Positions 1-9,907 are shown, counted from the first letter of the stretch. The stretch: DNA of 64,000 bases from an uncultured archaeon (GCA_964410585.1 CAYPFW010000001.1:480001-544000); one strand, 5' to 3'. Made by a program: numbers and translations. The notes: generated by a model from the letters alone, not told the origin.

Positions 1-1
1 T

Positions 2-379
2 TATTATCTCCCTATATTTTCTTAAATCATGCATCGCTAACTCATAGTCTGCAACTGCTTGGGCAGCAGACGCAAGGCCTTGTTTTATTGATCCTTCTAG
101 TTTTTGTTTTTGTGTGATTGTTAATTCATATGCCTGTGTATGTGTTGGTGAAACAGACATCCATTCATCCAATTTTTTCAATGTATATTTCCATTTAGGC
201 ATTTGAAAGACCAAGGAATAATAAAGAGCTGTACATCCACCAACTTCTGTTGTGTAGTTTATGTCCATTTGTTGGTCACCAGGAAGGGCACAAAGGGCCT
301 CGCCTAGTGTTATTTTTTTTATTGCATTATTGTATAAGTGATCTATTACAAAATCTTCCTTTATTTCATCTTTTCCCAT
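2..379 (-). CDS. Hypothetical protein, partial (runs off the window edge)
   Basis: Open frame from ATG at 379 (MGKDEIKEDFVIDHLY...QKQKLEGSIKQGLASAAQAVADYELAMHDLRKYREI) with no stop before position 1; AGGTGA SD upstream. Confidence 0.75.
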   Translation of the reverse strand, partial: MGKDEIKEDFVIDHLYNNAIKKITLGEALCALPGDQQMDINYTTEVGGCTALYYSLVFQMPKWKYTLKKLDEWMSVSPTHTQAYELTITQKQKLEGSIKQGLASAAQAVADYELAMHDLRKYREII

Positions 380-386
380 AACTCAC

Positions 387-557
387 CTAAAATACTATTA
401 AAACAATGCCTATGAAGAATGAAATTAGACCTATGACTATTCCAATTATCGGAAAATCTTCTCCTTGGTGCTCTGTTGTCCCAGGAAATATAAAAGCCAT
501 GAAAACACCAAAAGCCATCAATAGTATACCAATTATTATGCTTAGCAATCCGCCCAT
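387..557 (-). CDS. Small two-TM membrane protein (56 aa)
   Basis: Translated by hand: MGGLLSIIIGILLMAFGVFMAFIFPGTTEHQGEDFPIIGIVIGLISFFIGIVLIVF; stop overlaps the SD of the next gene. Confidence 0.7.
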   Translation of the reverse strand: MGGLLSIIIGILLMAFGVFMAFIFPGTTEHQGEDFPIIGIVIGLISFFIGIVLIVF

Positions 558-601
558 ATCTACTCTTTATTTATATTTGATATATTAAATACTATATAGG
601 G

Positions 602-735
602 CTATCCTTTTCTTTAGAAAAGTCTGCATCTCCTAAGAAATGGATGCAGAGATGTCTCGTGAACAACGAGCAAAGAAAAAGGTTAATAGGAGACACGAAA
701 AAGTCTACAGTATCCAAAAGAAAACTATTATACAA
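602..735. repeat. Intergenic repeat family C interrupted by a family B element (622-698)
   Basis: CTATCCTTTTCTTTAGAAAAG[TCTGCATCTC...GAGACACGA]AAAAGT...GTATCCAAAAGAAAACTA matches the C copies at 3767 and 23263. Confidence 0.75.
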
Positions 736-784
736 CAGAGGAAAAAAGACTATAGAGAAGAAAAATATTTGATTTGAGGTAAAT

Positions 785-1306
785 ATGCCAGTTTTTGCGC
801 GAACGAAATTAGTGATGTATGACAACTGCTTCCCAGAAGACCCTGGAGAAGTAGAGTTGAAATATGTAGGCCCAAACGCAATGGAAGTTTATCACAGGAT
901 GTATGAACTAATCAAAACAGTTTGGAGGGCATCTGACAAAGATGTACAGGAAGATCAATACAATTATGGAAAGGGGGAAGTTGAAAAAATAAAGGTAAGA
1001 TGGCATTTGCACAAAGATGCTGATAGGTTTACCTATTATTGGGTAAGGTTCGATTTGAGCGCATCTGGAAACGAGAAGTCTGGAAGTGTCTACATCAGAA
1101 TCAAGCCAGTTTTAATGACAGAATATCCACAAGATACTGTTTGGCAAAGATCATTGCTTTATGAAATGCTTAGAACATTTTGGCACAGGGTTTTCTATCA
1201 CAACAAAAGAAGAGAGTTTTTAGATGAATGTAAGGACTTGACATCTTTCTACTTGAAAAAAATGAGGGAATATTTCAAGTATTTGGCTGAAGATAATAAA
1301 GAATAA
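785..1306 (+). CDS. Hypothetical protein (paralog of next gene)
   Basis: 173-aa ORF sharing DxC..P.G...L.Y.G and FY...R...L..C motifs with 1340-1864. Confidence 0.8.
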   Translation: MPVFARTKLVMYDNCFPEDPGEVELKYVGPNAMEVYHRMYELIKTVWRASDKDVQEDQYNYGKGEVEKIKVRWHLHKDADRFTYYWVRFDLSASGNEKSGSVYIRIKPVLMTEYPQDTVWQRSLLYEMLRTFWHRVFYHNKRREFLDECKDLTSFYLKKMREYFKYLAEDNKE

Positions 1307-1339
1307 TTTTAGTCACATTCAAATATTAAAGGTTACATT

Positions 1340-1864
1340 ATGGGGGATTCGTTAAAAATAACAGATGATTGTCTTGCACCAAGGGGTAGACTTCAGCTAT
1401 TTTATACAGGGAAAGATCCATTCACAGTAGCCGTAGAAACAGAAGAAGTTTTCAAACCATTTTTCCGTATATCAACTTCTAAAAGAAATCAGCAAACATT
1501 CAAATGGGATGTAGCAGGCCAAAACCAAGAGTTTACAATCTTGTATTGGGTGAGGAAACCGTTCAGCAGATATTCAGAAATGAGAGTTGATCTTAGATTC
1601 CAGGGATACCAAGATAAAGAAACCAAAAAGGGCCACTGTAGAGTTGAGATAATATCAAAACTTGAAAACACTTTTCCTAAAAATTGGGTTGTCAAAGGAT
1701 TTTTCTTTTTGTATAATATATTTTTTTATGATAAAATTAGGCAAAAATATCTCCAAATTTGCAGTTCCATGACCCAAGGCTTGGCTGAAATCATAAAAGA
1801 CAAATATGGAATGAGACCATCTGCTTCGCAAGCTGTTGACAGGTTCCCATCAGAGGAAGATTGA
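1340..1864 (+). CDS. Hypothetical protein (paralog of previous gene)
   Basis: 174-aa ORF, tandem paralog. Confidence 0.8.
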   Translation: MGDSLKITDDCLAPRGRLQLFYTGKDPFTVAVETEEVFKPFFRISTSKRNQQTFKWDVAGQNQEFTILYWVRKPFSRYSEMRVDLRFQGYQDKETKKGHCRVEIISKLENTFPKNWVVKGFFFLYNIFFYDKIRQKYLQICSSMTQGLAEIIKDKYGMRPSASQAVDRFPSEED

Positions 1865-2007
1865 GCCTTTTTCAAAATCTACATCTCCAACAATATTGGT
1901 GCAGAGATGTCTCGTGCACATTGCAATAGGAGACACGAAGGCTCATGCCAAAAAGGAGGCTAAATTTTTCTTCATTTGCGGATTCGCAAAAAATTTCACG
2001 CCTTCCA
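1862..2007. repeat. Composite repeat: D hairpin containing a B element, followed by an A hairpin (1955-2007)
   Basis: TGAGCCTT..[B 1878-1938]..AGGCTCA then GGAGGCTAAATTTTT...AAAAATTTCACGCCTTCCA. Confidence 0.8.
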
Positions 2008-2017
2008 CATTGAAGTT

Positions 2018-3766
2018 TTATCCATAGTAATACTGTCCTTTTTCTTTTTGCTCCCTGTCTAAAACAGAACCGAATTTGTTTGCCCTTGGCCTTCCTGTAT
2101 GCGGATCTCGACGGAAGGTCAAATTCATTTGCTTCAAAAATTTGTTCATACCATCTTTCAAATCACATGGTGAAAGGCCGCGCCCTTCTTGTCCTGGCCT
2201 CCCTTCAAAAATCATAACTCTGTCAGATATCACATCTATCAACTGCAAATCATGGTCAACAACAAAAGCTGAAACAGAATTTTCTTCCACCCAATCCTGG
2301 ATAATTTTTGCAAGCCTGAGCCTTTGCTCAACATCTAAAAAAGCAGAAGGCTCGTCTAGAAGCAGGATTTTGTGTTCTCTTGCTAAAGCAGCTGAAACAA
2401 AAACGGCTTGTAGCTCCCCTCCAGAAAGTGATCCTAATTCCCTTTCCAAAAATTTATCTACACCAAGAATATTGTTTACTCTTTGGACTCTTGACAAATT
2501 TCCAATAAAATTTCTTACAGTTGTTTCTTTTTGTTCTTCTGTTAATTCCAGCCTTTGGGGCTTGTAGGAAAGTTTTAGATCTAAAGAGCCTCCTTTGTCT
2601 GGTTTCAATTCGCCTGCAAGCATTTTTACAAAAGTTGTTTTTCCAATCCCGTTCGGGCCTAAAATTCCTATTATTTCTGATTTGTTCAAGCTTCCTTCTT
2701 CTGTTTTCAAGGAAAAATCTTTGAAACTTTTTTCAAACTTTTCGAATTCAAAAAGAGGTGTTGTTTTCGTTGATATTTTTGCCGACTTAGAAAAAATTAT
2801 TGGATCCTTTCTTATCCTCATGTTTTCTTCTTTCAGATGACCGTCTAGATATGCATTTATGCCAACCCTAACACTGTAAGGGTGCGAAACAATACCAAAT
2901 GTTCCAGGCGTTCCATACAAAACATGAATTTGGTCAGCAAGATAATCAGCCAAGGCTAAGTCATGTTCTATGACAACAACATAATTTTTTTCAGCAAGGT
3001 TTCTAATAACCTCAGAAACTTTGAACCTTTGTTCAACATCTAAATAAGAAGAAGGCTCATCAAAAAAATAAAAATTGCCGCCCTTGATTATTGTTGCAGC
3101 AATTGCAAAAAGCTGAAGCTCTCCGCCTGAAAGGTCTGAAATATTTTTTTCCAAAAGATGGTCTATACCCAAACCCTTTGCAGTTTTTTCAAACTTACTT
3201 TCTGTATCTATCTTTTTCAAAAGGTCTTTTATCTTTCCTTTCAATGTTTCCTGTATCTTATCTATGTTTTGTGGCTTGTAAGCGAGCTTAATTTTTTTTA
3301 AATTTGCTAAATAATCTTGGAGTTCTGTTCCCTTGAATCTTTGTACGACTTCCTCCCAACTAACGTCTCTTTCCAAAACATCACAATTTGGCTTTAGGTT
3401 ACCTGAAAGAATTTTCATCACAGTTGATTTACCGACACCATTTGGCCCAACTAAACCAACAACTTGACCTTTTTTTGGTATAGGGAGTTTGTACAAAGCA
3501 AACATATTTTTTCCATATCTATGTATTGGAAATTCATCAAGAGCTGTGGGCAAGTTAACAACAGAAACAGCATGAGGCGCAGCCTTCACGCAAAGCATAC
3601 AGGAGATACAGGTTTCTTCATCTATCAAAAGGTTTTCATTCTCGTCTATTGATATGCATATTGTATCTGCTCTGTTTACAGGGCAAACACTTTGCACATA
3701 TTTTTTCTGGTTCAGATCCTTGAACTTCTCATTATCTACAACAGCTATACGCTTTTTCGATGACAT
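2018..3766 (-). CDS. Ribosome recycling ATPase ABCE1/Rli1
   Basis: N-terminal Fe-S Cys motifs (CPV, CISCMLCV), two ABC NBDs (GPNGVGKS, GPNGIGKT, LSGGELQ), C-terminal FRRD..GRPRANK. Confidence 0.97.
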   Translation of the reverse strand: MSSKKRIAVVDNEKFKDLNQKKYVQSVCPVNRADTICISIDENENLLIDEETCISCMLCVKAAPHAVSVVNLPTALDEFPIHRYGKNMFALYKLPIPKKGQVVGLVGPNGVGKSTVMKILSGNLKPNCDVLERDVSWEEVVQRFKGTELQDYLANLKKIKLAYKPQNIDKIQETLKGKIKDLLKKIDTESKFEKTAKGLGIDHLLEKNISDLSGGELQLFAIAATIIKGGNFYFFDEPSSYLDVEQRFKVSEVIRNLAEKNYVVVIEHDLALADYLADQIHVLYGTPGTFGIVSHPYSVRVGINAYLDGHLKEENMRIRKDPIIFSKSAKISTKTTPLFEFEKFEKSFKDFSLKTEEGSLNKSEIIGILGPNGIGKTTFVKMLAGELKPDKGGSLDLKLSYKPQRLELTEEQKETTVRNFIGNLSRVQRVNNILGVDKFLERELGSLSGGELQAVFVSAALAREHKILLLDEPSAFLDVEQRLRLAKIIQDWVEENSVSAFVVDHDLQLIDVISDRVMIFEGRPGQEGRGLSPCDLKDGMNKFLKQMNLTFRRDPHTGRPRANKFGSVLDREQKEKGQYYYG

Positions 3767-3825
3767 CTACCCCTTTTCTTTAGAAAAGAAAAGTGGTAAG
3801 GTATCCCAAAAGAAACTAATATACA
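3767..3825. repeat. Intergenic repeat family C, directly abutting the ABCE1 start codon
   Basis: CTACCCCTTTTCTTTAGAAAAGAAAAGTGGTAAGGTATCCCAAAAGAAACTAATATACA; near-identical to 23263-23318. Confidence 0.85.
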
Positions 3826-3892
3826 AATTCATTCTTTTCTAAAAGAAATTCACCTCATTATCTGTATAATAATATAGATCAGAAATATAACC

Positions 3893-4210
3893 CTATTTCA
3901 CACCTTTCAAAATCCTTTCAACTTCTTCATCAGAAACATATGTTTTTGTGACTTGGTCTGCTTGGTTCTTGTCAAAGATTTGAACCATCACAAAGGTACC
4001 TTCTGTCCTACCTTCGCCTACTGTATACTCTGTAATCACACATCTTCCAAAAGCTTTCCAGTCTGTTGTCCTTAAATCCATTGGAACTTTTATTTGGTAT
4101 AATCTATGGCCTTCTTTTCTAAAATGATATTTCTTGCCTAGTTCCAAAGGTTTTGGCATTTCTTTCGGGTCTAGCCTCAAACAGGCTTGGAGCAAAAACG
4201 GATTTCCCAT
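3893..4210 (-). CDS. Hypothetical protein
   Basis: Likely start MGNPFLLQ at 4210, which avoids overlap with the upstream gene. Confidence 0.7.
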   Translation of the reverse strand: MGNPFLLQACLRLDPKEMPKPLELGKKYHFRKEGHRLYQIKVPMDLRTTDWKAFGRCVITEYTVGEGRTEGTFVMVQIFDKNQADQVTKTYVSDEEVERILKGVK

Positions 4211-4229
4211 ATAATTATGTATATAATAA

Positions 4230-4790
4230 CTAGCTTTGCATTTTTTTAACCAGCCTATGAATCTTATCTTCAACTGTTTCTTTCTTTTCGTAGGTTTTCT
4301 GGAATTCCAAAGAAATTGGTTTGCCAAGTATTTGGGATGCAACTTCTGTAAAAGATTTTATTTGAATTGGCAAGGTTTTGTTTGGGACAGTGACTTTGTA
4401 TTTTTCGCCCTCAGAACTAAAAACTAGGTTTAGGCTAAGTATTGGAACAGGATAGATGAGGTTTTGGAGAAATGACCTTTTGTCAGATGATTCTTCTATT
4501 ATCCTGACTGTTTTTCCAATGTCTTTGCTGAGCTTTCTTATGTTTGTAGCTCCCTTTCCTATAAGTTTTAGGGCTTCGCCTTTGGAGCATACAATTGCTA
4601 ACAGGCTATCTGTTTCATAAACCCCCTTTATGTCAGCTTTATCAATTCCTTTAATTTTGTCAGAAAGAGCATTTATTCTTCTAATAATTTCCAATTCTCT
4701 AACTGAGACCTTCCCTGAATCTACTTTTTCCTGGCATGCTGGACACAGAATTTCTGAGTTCAAGCATACTTGGCAAATCTGAGCCTTCAT
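4230..4790 (-). CDS. NusA-like KH-domain protein with N-terminal Zn-finger
   Basis: CQVC...CPAC plus KH GxxG motif (LIGKGATNIRKLSKDIGKTVRIIE). Confidence 0.85.
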   Translation of the reverse strand: MKAQICQVCLNSEILCPACQEKVDSGKVSVRELEIIRRINALSDKIKGIDKADIKGVYETDSLLAIVCSKGEALKLIGKGATNIRKLSKDIGKTVRIIEESSDKRSFLQNLIYPVPILSLNLVFSSEGEKYKVTVPNKTLPIQIKSFTEVASQILGKPISLEFQKTYEKKETVEDKIHRLVKKMQS

Positions 4791-4791
4791 A

Positions 4792-4973
4792 TAAGCTTTT
4801 ATCCTAAAAGCTTAAGCAAAACAGGAGGCTATTTTTTGCTTCGCTGCTGCTTGCAAAAAATTACGCCTTCCAGCCTAAACTTTTGATCGACCTTTTCCCA
4901 AAAGGTCGGGTTAATCAAAAACGGAGCCTAAAATTTTCTTCATCTGCGGATTTGAAAATTTTTACGGCTTCCA
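4792..4973. repeat. Composite repeat D-A-D-A
   Basis: A copies at 4824-4872 and 4923-4973; D hairpins AAGCTTTT/AAAAGCTT and GACCTTTT/AAAAGGTC. Confidence 0.8.
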
Positions 4974-5167
4974 CGATTAACCCATCTTCCCAACTTGTTT
5001 GAAAATTTTAGATGAACTCTGGATTAACCAATAACACTGTTAAGTTCCGCTTTCGGTTCTTCCAAAATGTACTAATATTATACATTTCAAGGCTTAAAAA
5101 AACATGTTTGGATATATATACTTTTCGCTTTTCAAAGTTTATAAACGGGTCAATACAACTTAATATC

Positions 5168-5821
5168 ATGTTCAACCCATTTAGCGTAACAGGCGCGGTT
5201 GATGACGCAAAGAAAAACCGCAGTTTGGGTAAGTCAGTAGTAGTGAACGTAATTGCAGGCGTACTAGTATTAGTAGGCCTTGTAATAACCTTCGCAGTAA
5301 ACCCTCTATTGGGAGCTGTTGGTGGTGCAGTCACTGGTGTAATTGCTGGTGTCGGTGCTATCATTGGTCTTCTAGTAGGTGAACTGATCCTTGGATGGGT
5401 CTACAGCTTGGCTGTAGGTGTTATCGGAGGAAAGGGTAGTCTATACGAAGGATTTACAGCACTAACATATCCAACATACGTTCTAGCACTAGGATGGCTA
5501 GTTGCTTCAGTTTTGGGATTGATCCCTCTAGTAGGACCTTTATTGGCTCTATTGGTCGGTTTGATCTTTGGAGCAATCGGTGTAGCTACATTCTTTAGGG
5601 TAACAAAAGATTTGTTTGCTCTAGACTATGTCGCAACATTAGTAGCTGTCGGTGTTTTAGTCCTAGCACTTAGTGTTGCTGGTGTATTCGCTGCAGGAAC
5701 AGCTTTCACACAATTAGGCGGATTACTCGGTAGTACAGGCGGACTAACAGGCGCTGGAGCAGCTAATCCACTTGCTGGATTGGGCGGCCTTGGTGCATTG
5801 AACCTACCAACAGGATATTAA
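5168..5821 (+). CDS. Multi-pass membrane protein, Yip1-like
   Basis: About five hydrophobic segments, GGKGS..E.F.AL.Y motif; start at MFNPF. Confidence 0.7.
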   Translation: MFNPFSVTGAVDDAKKNRSLGKSVVVNVIAGVLVLVGLVITFAVNPLLGAVGGAVTGVIAGVGAIIGLLVGELILGWVYSLAVGVIGGKGSLYEGFTALTYPTYVLALGWLVASVLGLIPLVGPLLALLVGLIFGAIGVATFFRVTKDLFALDYVATLVAVGVLVLALSVAGVFAAGTAFTQLGGLLGSTGGLTGAGAANPLAGLGGLGALNLPTGY

Positions 5822-5876
5822 TGACTTAACCTAGAAATAGATTATTAACTTTTTCTTATTTTTTTGTTTTCTAGCG

Positions 5877-6029
5877 TAAGCTTTTTCTGGGAAAAAAGTC
5901 GTGTCTCGTTCCAATATCAAAAGACACGAGACATCTCAGCATCTTTCGCATTGGTGAGATGCTGACTTAAGCAAAAATAGGAGCCTAAATTTTTGCTCAT
6001 TGTGATTCGCAAAAATTTTACGGCTTCCA
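5877..6029. repeat. Composite repeat: D containing inverted B (5899-5966), then A (5980-6029)
   Basis: Sequence similarity to other copies. Confidence 0.8.
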
Positions 6030-6058
6030 CTTTTAAAACCTAGAACTAAAAACAAAAG

Positions 6059-6394
6059 ATGAGGCAGTTTCTTAGATCAAAAATTGAGAGGCTTAGGATT
6101 ACTTCTATCAATCCAGAAGGTGTTGGTGGAATTGTTTTAGACGGGTTTTTAATGGAAAAAGCTGGCATATTACCCGGAGAAAGAGTTTTAGTTGGAAATA
6201 TTTCTAACGGTCAACACTGGGAAACTCATGTGACTCAGGGAGAAAAGTTTATGGTTTCTGTTAGAGAATCAGGAGCCAAACTTTGTAAGATTGGGGATAT
6301 CCTTGCCATCTCTACATTTGAACTTTCTGATTTACCAATAAAACCAAAAATAGTTGTTGTAGATAAGGAAAACAAATTTGAGAAAATTGTTTAG
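6059..6394 (+). CDS. Aspartate 1-decarboxylase (PanD)-like protein, catalytic residues not conserved
   Basis: LRSKI..RIT....VG.I.LD..LM.KAGILPGERV...NISNG..WET.V pattern, but the Gly-Ser cleavage site reads Gly-Gly. Confidence 0.8.
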   Translation: MRQFLRSKIERLRITSINPEGVGGIVLDGFLMEKAGILPGERVLVGNISNGQHWETHVTQGEKFMVSVRESGAKLCKIGDILAISTFELSDLPIKPKIVVVDKENKFEKIV

Positions 6395-6457
6395 ACTGTA
6401 AGAAAAATATAGTTTTTATAAGCCGGTTTGTAAAAAAGTTTCCTTATCCCTAAAAGA

Positions 6458-7717
6458 CTAGGTTGGTCTTGATCCCCAATATCCTTTAGGTTTATCATGC
6501 CTAGGTCTATGAGGCCTGTTTTGTCTTTCTGATTGTCTTTCCCTTCTCCAATCCATTGGTCTGTGGAAGCCTCTGTCTGGCCTTCTTTCTGGGAATTTTT
6601 TCACAAAAACCCTTTGGAATTGGGGAAGTTCCATTTGCTCAACTTTTATTGAATGGTCCCTCAAAACAGCATTGAAATTATTGTAATCCATTTCATCTAA
6701 AAGATTTATTGCCAAGCCACTTTTTCCCATTCTAGCTGTCCTTCCAACCCTGTGGACATATTCTTTTGATGTTTTGGGAATGCTGTAATTGAATATGTGT
6801 GTTAAGTCTTTGATGTCTAATCCTCTCGCAGCAACATCACTTGCAACTAAAATGTTTATATGTTGATTCCTGAAGCTTTCCATTACCCTGTTTCTTTTTT
6901 CTTGGCTTAGGCCTCCATGTAGAGCCATTGCCTTTATCCCGTTTTCATATAGGTTCCTTGCAACTATGTCAACTTCCCTTCTTGTTGAACAGAAAACAAG
7001 TGCAAGCCTTGGGTTTTCTGCTTTCATTAGATGAACAAGTAGAGAAAATTTTTCACCTCTTGGGACATCATAGTAAACTTGTTTTAGAAGTTCTTTTTTT
7101 ACAAAATCTTGAGTCTTTATTTTTTCTGGGTTCTTCATGTACCTCAATGCTATCTTTTGGACATCATGATTGAAAGTTGCACTGAACAATAAAGTTTGTC
7201 TTTCTTTTGGACAAAGAGAAATTATTTGGGTTATGTCGTCTATGAATCCCATGTCTAACATCCTGTCTGCTTCGTCTAGGACTAAAAACTTAATTTTGCT
7301 TAGGGACAGTGTGTTCCTTCTTAGGTGATCTAAAAGCCTTCCTGGAGTTCCAACAACTATGTCAGCTGATTTTAGGTTTTCTATTTGTGGATTCATACTG
7401 ACTCCACCATAAACAGTTGTGATGAAAACCTTTTTGTGTTTTGAAAAACTTCTCAGATTTTTTGCTATTTGTTCTGCTAACTCCCTTGTAGGAGCCATTA
7501 TCAAAGACTGTATTCCAAAGCCATGTTTTACTTTTTCCAAAATCGGCAAGCCAAAAGCAGCTGTCTTTCCAGACCCTGTTTCTGATTGGCCCATAACATC
7601 TGCACCTTTCTTTATTATAGGTATTGCTCTTTCCTGTATTTCTGTTGGTTCTTTGAACCCCAATTCTAGAATTGCATCTAGGATTGGTTTTTCTAAATTC
7701 ATTTCTGCGTATTTCAT
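6458..7717 (-). CDS. DEAD-box RNA helicase
   Basis: Q motif, ETGSGKT, PTRELA, DEAD, SAT, ARGLD, HRVGRTAR. Confidence 0.97.
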   Translation of the reverse strand: MKYAEMNLEKPILDAILELGFKEPTEIQERAIPIIKKGADVMGQSETGSGKTAAFGLPILEKVKHGFGIQSLIMAPTRELAEQIAKNLRSFSKHKKVFITTVYGGVSMNPQIENLKSADIVVGTPGRLLDHLRRNTLSLSKIKFLVLDEADRMLDMGFIDDITQIISLCPKERQTLLFSATFNHDVQKIALRYMKNPEKIKTQDFVKKELLKQVYYDVPRGEKFSLLVHLMKAENPRLALVFCSTRREVDIVARNLYENGIKAMALHGGLSQEKRNRVMESFRNQHINILVASDVAARGLDIKDLTHIFNYSIPKTSKEYVHRVGRTARMGKSGLAINLLDEMDYNNFNAVLRDHSIKVEQMELPQFQRVFVKKFPERRPDRGFHRPMDWRRERQSERQNRPHRPRHDKPKGYWGSRPT

Positions 7718-8043
7718 ATTTGAGTGCAACCGCGATGTTATCGCGGAGACTTCTAACTCTCCTTTTTAGTTTTATAGAAATATCTTACTAAGCCACAAGG
7801 CTCATATCGATTATAGCGTAGAGAATATCTGCGCGCAAAAGCCAGAAGTTCTGGCATAGAACAAGTCTTACCAAAATTTCCAACTTTAGTTTCTATTAAC
7901 TATATCAAAATAGTAACCAAGGGCTTATAAAGGTTATTCCTCTCTGTGCCCACAAAACAAGATTTCTGTAATTGTGCTCACAAAAATCAGAAAAATACTT
8001 TAACCAGGTTTTGGGTACGGTAGCCTTTTGACAAAGGCGGAAG

Positions 8044-8120
8044 TCGCGTCTCCAATTAGCTGAGTGTTCAGTTAGTTGTTCGCGAGACGTCTCTGCGTCA
8101 ATTTAGCAGGAGACGCAGAC
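8044..8120. repeat. Family B element (inverted) with compensatory changes
   Basis: TCGCGTCTC...CGCGAGACGTCTCTGCGTC...GAGACGCAGAC. Confidence 0.7.
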
Positions 8121-8136
8121 CTTGAAAAGGCTAGCT

Positions 8137-8706
8137 CTAAATCTTCCCAACCAAATCTAAGCCGGGTTTCAATGTTTTTTTTCCTGGTTCCCAGTTTGCT
8201 GGGCAGACAAAGCCTTTGTTTTCTCTGACAAATTTTGCAGCCTGAAGTTTTCTCAATAATTCTTTTGCACTTCTTCCAATACTATTATCATGAAGTTCAA
8301 AAGCTTTTAGAATTCCGTCTGGATCAATTATAAAAGAACCTCTCAAAGACAAACCCTCTTCTTCAATATATGTTCCAAATTCCTTGCAAATATTTCCAGT
8401 TGGATCAGCAAGCATTGGATATTTTATTTTTTTGATAGAAGGTGAGTTGTCGTGCCATGCTTTGTGAACAAAAACAGTGTCTGTGCTGACTGACATGATT
8501 TCTGCACCGAGCTTCTGGAATTCTGGATATAGGTCTGCTGCTTCTTCTAATTCTGTTGGACAAATGAAAGTGAAATCAGCCGGATAGAAAATTAAAACAA
8601 CCCATTTTCCTCTAAAATCTGAAAGTTTCAAAACCTTTTCTTCTTCATTTACAAAAGCCTTTGCTTTAAAGTCTGGAACTGGGTGACCTATTTTTACCAT
8701 ACTCAA
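8137..8706 (-). CDS. ahpC: Peroxiredoxin (2-Cys, AhpC/Prx1)
   Basis: FYPADFTFICPTEL, GRSAKELLRKLQA, VCPANW. Confidence 0.95.
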   Translation of the reverse strand: MSMVKIGHPVPDFKAKAFVNEEEKVLKLSDFRGKWVVLIFYPADFTFICPTELEEAADLYPEFQKLGAEIMSVSTDTVFVHKAWHDNSPSIKKIKYPMLADPTGNICKEFGTYIEEEGLSLRGSFIIDPDGILKAFELHDNSIGRSAKELLRKLQAAKFVRENKGFVCPANWEPGKKTLKPGLDLVGKI

Positions 8707-8882
8707 TTAGAAATCGACACAACCGATTTCAATTCTCTAACCCCTTAATAGCTACATTTGCCTTTTACATAAAAGAAGTAGCCATAGTTTTATTGAAGTT
8801 TAGATTTAAATATCTTTTTGGGTAATAAGGTTTTCCCATGGTAAGACACAGGCCCCTCTCAAGTCGTTCAGAGAAGACCAAA

Positions 8883-8909
8883 ATTGAAACTAAGTGTCTT
8901 AGTTTCTCG
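8883..8909. repeat. dif-like site S0 (distal)
   Basis: ATTGAAACTAA-GTGTC-TTAGTTTCTCG. Confidence 0.7.
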
Positions 8910-9045
8910 CGAATACTTGGAGCGATCGAGCCTTTGCAAATAGAATTGAAAGGCGAAGAAGTTTGAGAGCCCGAACTTGTTATCATTAACAATTTATTCA
9001 GACATTATTTAGGTGCCCGCAGTTATCTCGAAATATATTAGAATT

Positions 9046-9396
9046 TTATTCCACATATTCCCCACGAATTGCAATAACTTTAAACCTAATGGCCAAATCT
9101 TCAATAATATCTGCAGCACCTGATTTATCACACTTTGATGTTCCTAGAACCTCATAACCTCCACGAGACCCCCCTAACCTATCTATAAAATAATCTTGCA
9201 TCTCCTTAAAGAACTCTAGATATCCCTCGTTACAAATTGTAACTTCGCGACGCTCATGATCAATTGCTATTGCACAATCTATTCTTTCACCAGACAAATG
9301 AAAAAGAGTTCTTCGCAACCCATCAGAAACCGCATTTCTATATTGCCCTAGATTTTCAAATTCTACTATCTTTTGTCTTGTCATTTTTTCACCCAA
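9046..9396 (-). CDS. Cassette 1 gene, hypothetical protein
   Basis: 116-aa ORF between S0 and S1. Confidence 0.75.
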   Translation of the reverse strand: MGEKMTRQKIVEFENLGQYRNAVSDGLRRTLFHLSGERIDCAIAIDHERREVTICNEGYLEFFKEMQDYFIDRLGGSRGGYEVLGTSKCDKSGAADIIEDLAIRFKVIAIRGEYVE

Positions 9397-9469
9397 TATA
9401 AAATGTAATTTTAAAGCATATAAGCTTGTGGATCTCGTGGGCGGGCACCTCGTTAGTGAGGGCTCTCAA

Positions 9470-9496
9470 ATTTCACTTAATGATCTTATGCTCCCA
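9470..9496. repeat. dif-like site S1 (hybrid arms)
   Basis: ATTTCACTTAA-TGATC-TTATGCTCCCA. Confidence 0.8.
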
Positions 9497-9570
9497 CGAT
9501 AGTGGTTCGAACGCAGTGAGAAAGTCGAGATTGCAGTGCAAAAATAAAAACAAGTTTTTGGATTTAATTG

Positions 9571-9825
9571 TTAAACGGTGGGGGCGGGTTTGTAGTTCCA
9601 GTTCTTACTATAACTACCAACTCTCCAAGGTTCACAATCTCTTCTGCCAACAATTTCCCACCACATACCAGGGAAAAGGATAGTCGCTATAAAAGTATCT
9701 CCTATCTGCTCCATGCGTGTATCAGAATAAGTCCTGATATCTTTTCTTAACTCATCAAAAAGATAACCCACTTTAGTTCTGTATACTTTTCCTGTATCTT
9801 CAGATACCCATTTTGGTTTAAACAT
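9571..9825 (-). CDS. Cassette 2 gene, hypothetical protein (related to cassette 5 gene)
   Basis: MFKPK..VSE..G.VYRT..G; C-terminal PAP is encoded by the stem. Confidence 0.7.
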   Translation of the reverse strand: MFKPKWVSEDTGKVYRTKVGYLFDELRKDIRTYSDTRMEQIGDTFIATILFPGMWWEIVGRRDCEPWRVGSYSKNWNYKPAPTV

Positions 9826-9907
9826 ACAAATAATTAAAGTGTAAATAATTTAAGCTTAACCCCGCCCCCTCGCCAGTCGTCTAGGAATCCAAAAACCTGC
9901 GATCTCG

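Noticed and set aside
2076-3842. Many plus-strand ORFs opposite ABCE1, and similar shadow ORFs elsewhere
   Set aside because: Antisense shadows of well-supported genes
8765-8992. 75-aa minus-strand ORF
   Set aside because: Runs through site S0 and the cassette hairpins; no protein-like features
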